DNA of 57,688 bases, counting the filler, from Bipalium vagum (Eukaryota): assembly GCA_037834085.1 (NCBI GenBank). It is 3 parts of 3 records of this genome, joined end to end, with 100 filler letters (N's around TTAATTAATTAA, not from the genome) between each part and the next. Parts side by side here need not be neighbours in the genome. Positions count along the whole stretch, not along the records: positions 1 to 19,093 come from JBBMKC010010607.1; 2 more parts are not named here. One strand, written 5' to 3'. Of the stretch, positions 1 to 12,200 are shown in pieces (within the stretch, counting starts at the first letter, position 1; each line of letters starts with the position of its first letter). The notes beneath the pieces were generated by a model. It saw only the letters and a list, made by a program, of their open reading frames with translations. It did no database searches and had not been told where the DNA came from. The translations under genes were made by a program, and so were the position numbers.

Positions 1-790
1 TTTATCCCTTTCTCCTTTCTAATAATCACGTCTAAGAATGGTAATTTCTGATCTTTTTCTTTTTCAATCGTGAATTTAATATTTTGATGTAAATTGTTCA
101 TAAATGTGATAAAGGGATCGATGTCATTTTCTTCGCCGAATATCAAAAATATATCATCGACATATCTTTTATAAATCAGTGGTTTGTTTTCTTGATATTT
201 CCCAATTTCATTCTCTAAGTATGCAATAAAAATTGATGATAGTGTTGGTCCTAATGGTGACCCCATGGCTACCCCTCTGTCTGCCTATACCACTCATTAT
301 TAAACATAGAAGATATATCCTTTGTACTGAATTCTAGTAACTCTCGTAGTTCTTTATCAATCATGATTTGTTTATCTCCACATTTATTCCACTGATCAAC
401 GCAAAGATCAATTGTTTCTGAAATCGGCACATTGGTAAAGAGGCTGCACACATCAAATGATACAAAATATTCATTATCTGATTTCATTTTATAAATCGCT
501 GAAATTCTAATGTGTTTTTTACTTCATATTGGGTTTTCTTCAATGGTTTTATTAATTCATCCAACACTTTTGCGGTTTTATATTGAGCACAATTTATCAT
601 TGAAAGTACCGGTCTTAACGGCTGATTTTCTTCATGAATCTTCGGTAATCCGTATAATTTTGCCGGTTGTGCTCCTTGAATAATTAAACGTTTTATTAGA
701 CCTTTATCTTTATCTTTGTTATTTGCCATTTTTTTACCAGTTTATTGATTATTTTCTCATTTCCAATTGGAATTGGTAATCTACTAGCTC
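1..790 (-). mobile_element. Penelope-like retroelement reverse transcriptase fragment (frameshifted, runs off window start)
   Basis: Three successive minus-strand frames give PAKLYGLPKIHE..PLRPVLS (484-729), FVSFDVCSLFTNVP..WYRQTEG (269-487) and AMGSPLGPTLSSIF..YKRYVDDIF..NIKFTIEKEKDQKLPFLDV (1-269). These are PLE RT motifs. Confidence 0.92.
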
Positions 791-821
791 TTAGTTCCAA
801 TTTTTCAAATTTACCGCAGTT

Positions 822-885
822 GAAATGTTTCGTGAAAATATCTATTTGAATAAATTTTGTATTCATTTAAAAAAAAGCGTATATT
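822..885 (+). repeat. Inverted copy of the PLE terminal segment seen at about 9098-9160
   Basis: tgaaatgtttcgtgaaaatatctatttgaataaattttgtattcatttaaaaaaaagcgta matches the reverse complement of 9098-9160 (tgagacatgttttatgaaaatatatatttgaataaattttgtattcatttaataaaaggcgta). Confidence 0.8.
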
Positions 886-2679
886 CGAAAAAAATTTATA
901 TTGTTCACCAGATTAAGATATATAATATAATATAAAAATATCTTATAAGACACTTTTCAAAACTTTTAAAGAGGTCATACAACAGACAAATTAATGACTT
1001 CTTTGACGATAAAAATTAGCTTTAAGAAACAAATCATAAAAAACGACATTTCATTTTGAACAAATCAATAGTATTATGAAAATTTCATTGAATAACTCTG
1101 CAATTCTTTTTATCCATACATGATTTTGATATTTTATTCTAAGGAAACGAAATTTTCATTATTATTAATGATAATTTCTTTTTACTAGAAATTTCAGTTT
1201 TTCTTATCAGTTTTTTGAAATAATTAAAATTAAATTTAGATTTATTTGTTCTAGACACTAAAGATTTCTTCGTCTGGACCCTCTCAATGTATAGAATTTT
1301 ATGAAAAAAAAATGAAAATTAACAAATAAGTTTTGTAAAATTAATTTAATTTTAAATAAAGAATAATTTGAGAATTTAAAGAAAAATGATTTATTGTTCA
1401 TGGTTTAATAAGTGTTATCAATCGATGCAATTTTTGGAAATCGAAGGGAAATTATCTTTAATGAAAGATTCAGTTATAGATAAATTTAAATTAGAAGTCC
1501 CATACTTTTTTATTAGGAGAAAAAGATGATGAATAAATCGAAAATTGCAGATTAATATCGGATCTGAATTACATTGGAAAAGTTGCCAGTGTTTAGGGAA
1601 TCGATCAGTATTTGAGGATTGTGAATTAGGAGGTTCAATTTCTGTCTCATTTCCAACCATATGACTGGGATTTCGATATTGATGTATATCTTTTGATATC
1701 ATTAATCACATTTCTTTCATTAGGCTTGTGCAAAATTAACAGAAAGAATTATATTCTGCTTTATCCTTTTCCAAAAGATTTTGTTATTAAACTTAATCAA
1801 TATTTATTTTTCTATGTTGTGAAATCTTATTGGAGTTATTAAGTTTGTTGGGATATTAAAGGTACAATAATAGACAGATGGGTCTATTTTGAGAGTGATG
1901 CAGTTGTCTGTCGCACAACCGTTAGAGGCCTGGATAAGTCATCGAGGGACCCAGGACGGGTTGATGAGAGGATTTTAATAACTTTTCTTATTTGCATTTC
2001 CTCATTGTTATTGTTAATTTTTTGTTTATAATAATTTATCGCATCTATTAGATAGGTAGGCCATTATTGATAGATCGAAGAATTTAAACAATCGTGAAGC
2101 TTTAGGTGTAGACTATTGACAAATTACATTTTGATCTATATATGTTTGTTAGGATTCAACATGTTCTAAACTTAAATTTAGCTGATTTAAAAAGGTTTTC
2201 TGGATTATATTACAGAATTTTGAAGTCAGGTTTCAAGAGACAAGGTTAATTATAAATATTAAAAAATTGATTAAAATAATTAACAGTTTTAACCTCTGTA
2301 AGTTTTATATTATTTATATTTTCTGCCATAAATAATCTGAATATTCAAACAAATTCGAATTATGTAACCATAGGGATTTTACATTATATATTTATAAAAT
2401 AATTCACATTATATCCATGTTATAATATATAATATATTAAATGCATACTATTAATTTTAAAACATTTTTTGCATTGTGTAATTTATTTATATTTTAAATT
2501 ATATATTATTACTTAAATCATTAAATAATAATAATTTAAAATTAAAAATTTCCATCATCTGATTACATTCATTATAATTTTCTAAATATGGAAAATCTTT
2601 TTTTTAATTACATGGTTTCATATTTTTCTCTCGTATATGTTGTTGCTGCAAAATACTTAATCTGTCCCTAATGTTCTAG

Positions 2680-2907
2680 ATTATCAGTATGAGGAATTTC
2701 TGTCCAATCCTAAAATGTTTACTTTAAGCAAAAAGTTTGTATGGATCCATGTGGATCTACCTGGACAAGGAGATGGAGATGAAGACCTCGAATCCAAGTT
2801 TGTACAGTTTTCTTTATAAAACATTATATTCATAAACTATTTTTTTATAGTTTTCCATCAATGGAAGATATAGCTACCGATTTAAAAGATCTTTGCGATC
2901 AGTTGAA
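2680..2907 (+). CDS. NDRG-family (alpha/beta hydrolase fold) protein, two internal exons: 2680-2797 and 2851-2907
   Basis: Spliced translation xYQYEEFLSNPKMFTLSKKFVWIHVDLPGQGDGDEDLESNFPSMEDIATDLKDLCDQL matches the NDRG HVDxPGQ...(Y/F)PSM motif. Canonical AG/GT sites, 53-nt intron, phases consistent. Not in the ORF track. Confidence 0.85.
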
Positions 2908-3790
2908 GTAAGTATTAAAATTGTGTATATATACCCGCACAAATATACAATATTGTGATATGGTAGAGCAACATCTTAAAAATAAATTATTAAAATGGAG
3001 TAAAGGAAATGCAAAAAAATAAAGAAATGCGGATTAGTTTTATTTCATTACGAAGTGTTATAAGATTTCCATCCGCAATTTACTTTCTTATAAAATAAAG
3101 CTGATTAGACTTTTTTCTTTTTCTTTTCACTCCCTCACAGAAAACGCATACAACTAAAAAGCATCAATAAACGTTAACATCTTCCATTAATGGAGCCGTT
3201 TTGTATTAAAAGACACCTGACTAGGTAAATTGAAAGTAAATTCATTGCAAGAAAATGCATCCAGAAAAGATAGTCATTTCTTCTTTATATTCGTAAATAC
3301 TAATTGGTATTGAATAAGTTACCGTTAATTGAAATTATTAATTAAAATGGCATATTTTATTTACGAATATTTTCCTTCTTTAAGCAACTTATATAGAGAA
3401 AGCGATTCCCGAATCATTATTTTCTGTAGCAAAATTAAAAATTTCCATTATAAATAATGACGATTAATGTGTAATAAATGACATATCTGGTAAATTGCAG
3501 TGTTTACAGTGTAACGTAACGATTTTTAAACTTACGTTCATAATTGTTTAAACTGGTCGCTTTTTCGAAAAATGAACGAAAATTTTATTTATAAAAATAA
3601 AAATAAGAAACAACTTGAGATCAATACTCTTCAAACAATAATAAGAAATATTAAATTAGTTTCGAGCTGGATATAAATCAAAATTGGACAGCTTTAGTTA
3701 CAATCGTTAATTTAGGTTGATTAAGAATTCATTATTTTACACTGAAAGTCTGCAATTTTTGATTAAAAAATAATTTTAATATATTTTTTA

Positions 3791-4678
3791 TATTAGGTCA
3801 GCAAATCAAAAAGGTGCCTACTCAATAAATGGCTCCAAAATCACTATTAAATAGCTTTTTTTGTTAAATAGATAAATATAAAGTTAAAGGTAATCATTTG
3901 ATAATTTAAAACTGTTGTTTTAATATTCCATATAAATAGCAATAAATCAAATGGCATCTAAGAAAATATATATAAAGCATTGCTTGATGTTTGCGTTCCA
4001 ATTGACGAAAAAGACTTATAAGGTCACAAATATAATTATTTCCGATCTGGGTAAAGGTGTAGTCAGCTATAAACCTAAAACGGGTGTTCCGTTTTAGTGG
4101 TGGAAATCTTTATCTTAATTATGCAGAACGCCCATGTTTATCAAAATTCAATGTGATCAACCATCTTCGTCGATTGTGAAGTGCAATAACTACTCAACCA
4201 AAGTTTTACTGTGTATTTGGTTAGACTACCTGGGAGTGGTGTAATATGAGTTCATAAAACTAGGAGAAACTATCACATTGGAAACGTACAAAACCAATTG
4301 AGTCACATGAAAGACGCGATTGAAAAAAATACAGAAAATTTAATTATACTGGAACTGAATGAGTCTTATGCATGATAATTCCCGACCACTCAAGTCAAAG
4401 ACAGTGCACAAGGCGCCATCAGATTATTATTTACTTAGGTCTCTTCAACATTATATGGTAAGATTCTCAGTTCAAAAAGATTGAAGATGTCCAAAACTCG
4501 ATCTCAAATTGCCATCTTTTTTTAAGACACATATTTGCCAGCTACCTGAGAAATGGTAAAAATGCTTCCACATAATAGAGATTATTTCACAGAATAATGT
4601 AGAAATATTTTTATTTTATCAATCTTTTGATTTGTTATATTATTAAAATAGGCACCTTTTCAATTTGTAGATCTAATA
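3791..4678 (+). mobile_element. Degenerate, internally deleted mariner (DD34D) with both TIRs
   Basis: TIR tattaggtcagcaaatcaaaaaggtgccta / taggcaccttttcaatttgtagatctaata. Relic peptides LCIWLDYLGVV*YEFIKLGETIT, HDNSRP, APSDYYLLRSLQHY. Confidence 0.88.
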
Positions 4679-5989
4679 TATTATGTATAAATTATTTATT
4701 ATTAAATCTTTCAATAAACTACTTTTATATAATATATTATTTAATTATATTTTTTGTATATAAAATAGAAGAAAATTAAAGTGCTAAAAACTTTCTTATC
4801 TTTTTTAACTAAATAAAAAAATGAAAAAATTGTCATTTAAAATAATTGAAAAATGATCGTATTTTTCTTAAAAAAATATAACGACCTAAAACGTCTCATA
4901 GATCTGATGTGAATATCATCAAATGAAAAAAAAGAAAAATAATATTTTTTATGATTGTTGCAAATTATTATTTATGGCAGAAAAATAAGTTAAAATATAA
5001 AAATAATTGAATTAAAATTAATTCATAATTTTTTTTGTTAAAAAATGTCTAAAGTAATCTTAATTAAAATTGACATGAACAAAAATATATACCTTTGTTG
5101 AAAAGGAAATTGAATAATTTCGCCTTTTATTTATCAATTAACTCCATACAATTTTTAACTTTAAAGATCTGATAATATCCGTCAGAGAAAATGGTTATTT
5201 TTATAAGGGAGAAGTATTTAATATTCGAAAAATTATTATAATATTTAACCTCGGCATATTGGATCAAGATATTTACATAGCAAATATAAAAGTAGAAATA
5301 AATCGTGGAAATCTTTTGGAAAACTTTAAAAATATTTTCTATGGATCTCAAATATTAAACATTAATGTTTAAAAAATTTTGGAAAGATTTTCTCACTGCT
5401 TCTTCATATATTTAAACACTTAGCCCAGTTTACCGGTATCCAGACTGTATTTAGATATGAAAAATATTTCAGTTAGACTAATGTTGACAGAGAATCATCC
5501 GTTCAAATATTAAAGGGCTTATTGACAATGTTTATAATTTCAAGTGGGTCTTGAGAATTTAAAATCCAAAAATACTGATGTTATCCATAATTCTTGAGAA
5601 AAATATTTTTTTTTCATTTATACTTTTGGTTATTTTTGGAGTAAATAGACAGTTTTCAAATTTTTTGAAAACTGTCTATTTTTTAAAATTATTATTATCC
5701 ATATAATAAGTGCGAAATATGTAAAAAGCCTAACTTATTTTTAATTATAAATGGGGGAGGCTTAAAGTAAGTATCCGATTTAGAACTCAGCAACATATAT
5801 AATTAAATACGAGTATATTCAATTTGCATTTTTCTAAGAAAAAGAATTTTCGAAATTTAATGTAATAAGTGTTTAATTGTTTTAATAAATCAATGATATC
5901 GAATTTAATTTCAGTAAATTTAAATTTTAATGATCTCCATTGAATAAAAAGTATAAATTTTGTTAGTAATTGTTAAGATGAAACTACTC

Positions 5990-6315
5990 ACATTATTCAG
6001 ATAGCATTTAGAAAACTTATCCACAGTATAGCCCATACCTTGCTCAATCCGTTTTTAGTTTACTCCAGTCAATGGAACACTTTTTGAGAGAGATAGTGTT
6101 CCAAAACCAAGACGAAATCAAAATTGGGTTTCCAACTCTTCAAGTCACATCCAGCAGAATTCTTTGAGAAAGGTATCCATTCATTACGTGGACTATGGCG
6201 ACAGATAATTGACACTAATGGAGAATATCTATTGGAATGGTGTTTTTATATTAGGTTTTCTTAACAATAAATATTCTTGTTAAAGAAAACCGATATTTCC
6301 AATTCAGCAATCCAG
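5990..6315 (+). mobile_element. Mariner transposase 3' relic
   Basis: YSPYLAQS (degenerate YSPDLAPS), QSMEHFLREIVFQNQDEIK, EFFEKGIHSLRGLWRQIIDTNGEY. Confidence 0.75.
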
Positions 6316-6324
6316 TGCAAAGTT

Positions 6325-6619
6325 TTGTTCTTTAGATCTTAACCTGCTGGACTATTACGTAAGGGGTGTTGTCGAGAAAGACTCTAATCATCGTGCCAGT
6401 GCTACAAAACTTCAATTATTCTACAGAATTACAGCAATTTTTGAGACACATTCTAAGTACCGGGGTAATAGACATCAATGCCCATTATCTTGAATAAAAC
6501 TGTTTGACAATAGTGTAATTTACTTGTGTATTGTATTTTATATATAAATATATAGAATTTTGTAGTTACCAAGCAATTTTTCTTGATGAAGGTCTCTAAT
6601 TTATGCCAAACACCCTGTA
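6325..6619 (+). mobile_element. maT/DD37D-like transposon 3' relic with right TIR
   Basis: SLDLNLLDYYVRGVVE (SPDLNPLDYYVWG-like). Ends in cacaccctgta-type terminus (aaacaccctgta). Confidence 0.6.
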
Positions 6620-7805
6620 AATATAAGTCAGTAAACGGATTTAATCTCTCACCAAATGATTACACGACAAAATGAAAACCATCAAAACTGCATTTTCAAA
6701 CCGTTTTTTCATTATTATGTATTCATTATTAGATTTAATACTAATAATTTTAAATCCCAAGAGACTATTGTGACCAAAGAAATGATAAATTTATATTTCG
6801 AAACAATAACGCCAAACCACATTTTACAATAAAACTAAAGCAAAAATAGAAAACAATTTCCCGGGAGCGCCAGGCATTGCATCATCTGACTCCATCAATT
6901 GAGAAAAGAACGAAGTACTCTAGAGATTACTTTCAAGCGAGTTGGTTTTATGATACAAAATAGTCAAATAGAAAGTTATATGTACACGTCCAAAAAAGAA
7001 AGAATCACATATTTTATTAATTAGAACTATGAATTTTAATTAGAAAAAACATCCATAGAATTAGCCACATATACATCGCTGGGAGAACTAAAGAGAACTT
7101 TAAAACAGCAGGGTAGTTGTAATATGCAAATGCATTCATCTTGTGGTGTTCCTAGCTTAGAAACAATTAACGACAGACACCAGTGGTAAAAGGAAAAGAG
7201 ATTTATTAATAAATTATCAGGTCGTTACTGGTTTAAGTTAAAATTCCGACTTTTTTCAATTTTTTTTATTTTTAACATCTGTTTACATTGCATATTTATG
7301 GATTTTACAAGGCGTTCTTAAGACAATCACTGTGAGAGAAGAAAACTGTTTCCTGGTAATACTGTTATATCGACTTCGTAAACACAGCAAAGAGTAAACA
7401 TAAGTGAAAAACAAAAGATTGTTGCAGATGAAACGTGGATGAATGTAAAATTGATTTGATATTCTATGACTTTTATACATAAAGAAAAGTTAATCGTTAT
7501 GGGTTCTAGTTAATGCAATGTTCGGGTTAATGTCGACAAATAACTTAACTATGATCATAATAACTATTTTCTTTGATCTTTGTTATTTCCTTTATTTAAT
7601 ATGGGATGTTGTGGAAGTCCCGTTTTGTATTATTTACTTAATATGTGATATTATCATAGAAAAATACTTTGAACAGATGTAATATGAAGATGAAATAAAT
7701 TTAACGATAATGTAACATACTATATTCTTTTGCGTTAGACTAACAAATCTTGCGTTGATAACCTTAGGATCTTTTCACTTGATTTAGTTATAAAAGAACC
7801 AAACA

Positions 7806-9099
7806 TAAAGAGTGTATACGAAAAAAAATGGTCTCATACAAACACACGTGACACCTTAGATATAATTGTAAAAATATGGGTAAGCATACAGATCTATAGC
7901 TGAATCATTAATTTATACTAAAGAATCTATAATTTTTTAGTTTCTATAAAATTTAGAAAAATGGTCTCAACAAAAGAAAGTATTTGCGAATTAATTGTGC
8001 TCAAAAAGCTGGAAAATGTGGATTTATCTCACAGAGATATTATAAAAAGCCTAACTGTTGCCAAATCAACGGTAACACTTGTACTTAAAAACCTCGATAA
8101 ACGATTAGGCACAGAAAGAGAAGTTGGAATTGGACGAAAGAAGGGATTTGTCTCAGAGAAAAAGGCCAAGGAAGTGGTACGTACATTTCATAAAAATCCC
8201 GGAATCTCTATTCGTGATACGGCTAAAAAAGTTAAAATGTCGCCTGGTTATGTTCAAAAAGTCCGCAAAGAGGAAGGTCTGAAATCATACAAAGTTTCAA
8301 TGGTTCCAAACAGAAACGATAAACAGCAGGCAACCGCCAAATATTGTTCACGAAAACTGTATGACAATATCATACACAACTTTGACTGCATGATAATGGA
8401 CGACGAAACTTATGTCAAGGCAAACTTCAATCAGATTCCTGGTCAGCTTTTTTATACTTCAAAGAAGAAAGGCGATGTTGCACCAAAATTTAAAGAAAAA
8501 AAGTGGAAAAGTTCGCAAAAAATATTAGGTTTGGCAAGCAATTTGTAAATGTGGTTTGAAAAGCAGGGTTTTTGTAACCTGTGGTACTATGAACCAAACT
8601 ATTTATGTTGAAGAGTGCCTGCAGAAACGACTTCTTCCTATGTTACTTGTTCATAACGTTTCAGTTGTGTTTTGACCTGATTTGGCAACATGTCACTATG
8701 GAAAATCGGCCATGGACTGGTACAATGAGAATGAGGTCAATATTGTACCGAAGATTGATAATCCTCCCAATTGTCCGAAACTCCGACTAATTGAAAAATA
8801 TTGGGCTATAATGAAAAGGAAATTATTGTTAACAAAACAAAAAGTGAAAAATGAAAAGGAATCTGAAAAAGAATGGGTCAAAATATCCTCTGAGGTTACT
8901 CAAAACTATGTACAGCACCTAATGGGAAGTGTGAATTCCAAACTTCGATCTTTTGCATACAATACTGCCAAATAATAAAATATGTAATTTTTTGTAAATA
9001 TATTCTTATTACGTTTTTGGATATTCATAAATTTTGTGTAAATAAATGCGGATTTGATAGCTGTACTTTGCCGACCAGTTTTTTTGTATACACCCTTTA
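7806..9099 (+). mobile_element. Full-length DD37E (ITmD37E/TRT-type) Tc1/mariner transposon; transposase pseudogene 7961-8975
   Basis: TA-flanked TIRs (aagagtgtatacgaaaaaaaatggtc / gaccagtttttttgtatacaccctt). N-terminal HTH region, IMDDETYV, then F*PDLATCHY...NPPNCPKLRLIE with exactly 37 residues between D and E. Frameshift near 8500-8530 and TGA at 8673. Confidence 0.93.
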
Positions 9100-9900
9100 C
9101 GCCTTTTATTAAATGAATACAAAATTTATTCAAATATATATTTTCATAAAACATGTCTCAAACTTTTATTTTTCAGTTCTTCATCAGTCAATGTTTTTGA
9201 TATTTATATTTTAAATCGCTAAATAACGGTATCTAAAAATTAAAAATTATTTTTCTTGATTATTATTGGATAAAATATTTTTTAAAAAAAATTATCACAG
9301 AAAACATTAACGATCCAATGGTTCTTACTCTCTCCCTTTTGGATGTTAATATTTGGTTGCCTTTCTTTGATTAATAATGATTCACAGATTTTTCGTTCAT
9401 CATTATCATCAAAATTTCCCATAATTATTCTGAATTCGTTCTCTTTAACTTTGCTTTTTTTCTTTCACCGCAGTTTACTGAATGATCCAACACCTTGTTT
9501 GTTCTGCTTGGTTGTGAATGCTCGCTAATGCGGGTTTTGAGATGACGCTGTGCCTCTCCTATGAATAGATTATTACATCCGTGACATGTAAATTGGTACA
9601 CGACATTAGCTCGCAACACTATTGGTGTATGGATTTTAATTTTTAAATAATTTCTAGTTTTTGATGTCAATGATATCACTTTTAAATTCTCATGTTCAAC
9701 AACTTTTTCTAGTATGTTTTTGAAAGCTTTAAATCCTTTTGAAAATTGGACTTTTATGACTTTTTTAAACTCTTCTTTTTTATTTTTCATTAGTTTTTGG
9801 TGATCTTTTTCAATATTTTTTCGCGAAATTAAATTTGAAACGGTATCATTAATGATCTTTTCTATTTTCTTTTTTTTATATAATCTTTCTTTGACTATGC
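9100..9900 (-). mobile_element. Penelope-like element 3' fragment with GIY-YIG endonuclease and terminal region
   Basis: ORF 9425-9790 contains ANVVYQFTCHGCNNLFIGEAQRHLKTRISEH. The downstream frame has IINQRKATKY/KPNINIQ-like relic, then an AT-rich 3' tail. Confidence 0.88.
9146..9192 (-). ncRNA. Degenerate minimal hammerhead-ribozyme-like motif at PLE end
   Basis: Minus strand TGA-CTGATGA-A-GAACT-loop-AGTTT-GAGAC-ATGTT-TTA has the CUGAUGA box and stem II. The GAAA box is mutated to GAGA. The position is the one expected in PLE terminal repeats. Confidence 0.45.
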
Positions 9901-10739
9901 CCAGCTCTTTATTTATCTATCTATTGGCGTGAAGATAGAGTTTGATTATTGGCTTTAAGGGAAAATAGCCGTCTCTAAGCGTGGGAATTGGTGATCGTAG
10001 ACCAATCCCTGCAACTATATAAAGAGACGGCTATTCCAATCAATTTGACCAAAAAATACGACTTCAAGAGGAACGATAACTCAGGACGACCTAAGGGACG
10101 ACGCAGAAGGATTTAACAAGGGGACCCAGCGAGCTTGGGAACCCATAGGCAACCTGAAAAAGGCCTAGAGGGCGACCCGGGGATACCTTGTCGCTCTTGG
10201 TAAGACTGTTTATTTTTCTTTGGTTTTTGTGTTACTTTCCAAAACTCTTCTTTGTGATCATTTCTCTCATCTCTTTCATTATTATAGTAGTTATGTTTAT
10301 TTATATCATTATTTATTTTTATTTTCGGTTGTTGGACCTATTAGAGTGATTTACTGAGTGACTTCTCGTGGTGATCATTATATTATGATTGTGTTTTGTC
10401 ATTAAAGTTTTATTGTGGACTTTTTGATTCAGTTCATAGGGTGCGGATAAAGTATTATTAAGGGTGTTTTTTGCTCTTCCGCATACTTTATTTATAGTAA
10501 GTTTCTTTGTTTCATAAATTTTGATAATATTAATAATTAATCATGTGGGTTATATTTTTAATTAATAATTTAATTCCACATTTTATTTTACTTAATTATA
10601 TTTTAAAATAATTATTTATTTATGAAACGATAAGTTTTAATTATTTTAAACAATATTTTCACATAAAATATAAATTCACATTCATTTTTGAGAATAATTA
10701 AAATAAATATATTATGCTTTACAAAGCATTTTCATGCAC

Positions 10740-10894
10740 ATTCAATGTAAAATGTTTCCAATATCGATTATCAATTTAGGAGAACTTTCATCACTCTCCA
10801 TTGGTTCCTGAGGTTCCTTGATATCGTCAATAATATCTCGAAGCCTATTCGTAGAGGTTTGTGTTGGATCAAACTGATTATTTACCAGTTTTAC
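10740..10894 (-). CDS. Possible terminal coding exon, gene unknown
   Basis: After a ctacag acceptor an open frame reads KLVNNQFDPTQTSTNRLRDIIDDIKEPQEPMESDESSPKLIIDIGNILH*. It is a locally higher-GC island in AT-rich flanks. No homology recognised. Confidence 0.3.
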
Positions 10895-11139
10895 TGTAGA
10901 TCCCAACAATATTAATAATTTTTATATTTAATATTTTATTTGATAATTATTTTAAAATAAGAAAAAATGATTTTAGGTATCTACGGGTTCTAACTTTTAC
11001 AAAAAGTAATAAACAAGACTACATAAAAACAATAAATAAAACTACAAAAAATTATATTTTTCATGCATAATAAAATGTTTTGTCAAAGGATCAATAAACA
11101 ATGTTTTTGTCACGAAATCAATATTTTGAATTTAACTAA

Positions 11140-11340
11140 ATTGATTGTGGGTGCCTTCACATTTAGAATGGCTAAAGGACAAACATTATGGGAAGTTATG
11201 ATGGAAAGCAATTGTAAGCAAGATGTAATCGGCGGTCATTAGCTGTTGAGAAAACATGGAAATCCGTGTTCCAAAAATTAGTAGCTTCTACGCCAAATAG
11301 AATTTATGCTCATGGCAGCTCAATAAATTATTATAATTGT
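11140..11340 (+). mobile_element. Tc1-like transposase C-terminal relic
   Basis: TWKSVFQKLVASTPNRIYAHGSSINY* resembles the Tc1 terminal LVxSMPxR...GGxxxY*. Confidence 0.5.
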
Positions 11341-12200
11341 AAGTATCCTTTTTAGTGAATAAAAATAGATTTTAAGAAAGTGCTGCGATTAATTTATTTT
11401 GCTTTACTTGATAAAATTACTAATATTTTGAATTTTTAAAGTTTTTTAGTATTTGGACTAAGACGCTAATAGGTGCATTCACTACTGTTTCACATATTCT
11501 GAGCGATAAATAACGTCGAAAAAAGATCTTCGCTACAATTTCCTTCATATTAAGACTATCTGTAAGCGTCATCAGCCACAGGGCTTTCATTAATGAAGGA
11601 AATTATCTGCTTCATTTAATTTTTCTAGTTCTGTTTCCAGCTCAAATGAAAATGTAAGATAATGAGTGATTTTTTATCACAGACAACCTGTTAGGGGGAA
11701 CACAAACAAAAAGGTTAACAGCTACTGCATTATACTTAACTCCGTTGAAAGTATTAACAAATATCACCTTACAATTATCAAAGTCACAGGTGTCACATAC
11801 TTTTAGAAAGAAAAAAAAAACAGAAACGAAATGAAGACATTTATTATTATTCATATGCACAGTACAAATGCAAATGAAATATAGTACATAGATACGGGAT
11901 AAATTAGTTTATTACACGGAAACCAAAGCATAGAAACCACTAATGGAGATGGTGGAGGAGTAGCACAACAATTATAATAAGCTCGACAAATAATGTGATT
12001 TCAGTAATAATAATAATAATAATAATAAATCGGTAGTAGAAAAATTATCAACTCTAAAGCAGATATATGACAATAAATATTGACCCTACACTCTCAAACG
12101 CGCACACAAGGTCGCGCAAGTGCGAAGAGGTGTGCAGCAGATGATGTGATGATTTCCATTGATTGTGTGCCACCCACTACCTCGATAGTGTGCGGCCAGC

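Noticed and set aside
11165-11200. EWLKDK as a downstream NDRG exon
   Set aside because: No convincing continuation or splice phase, and the adjacent sequence reads as a Tc1 relic.
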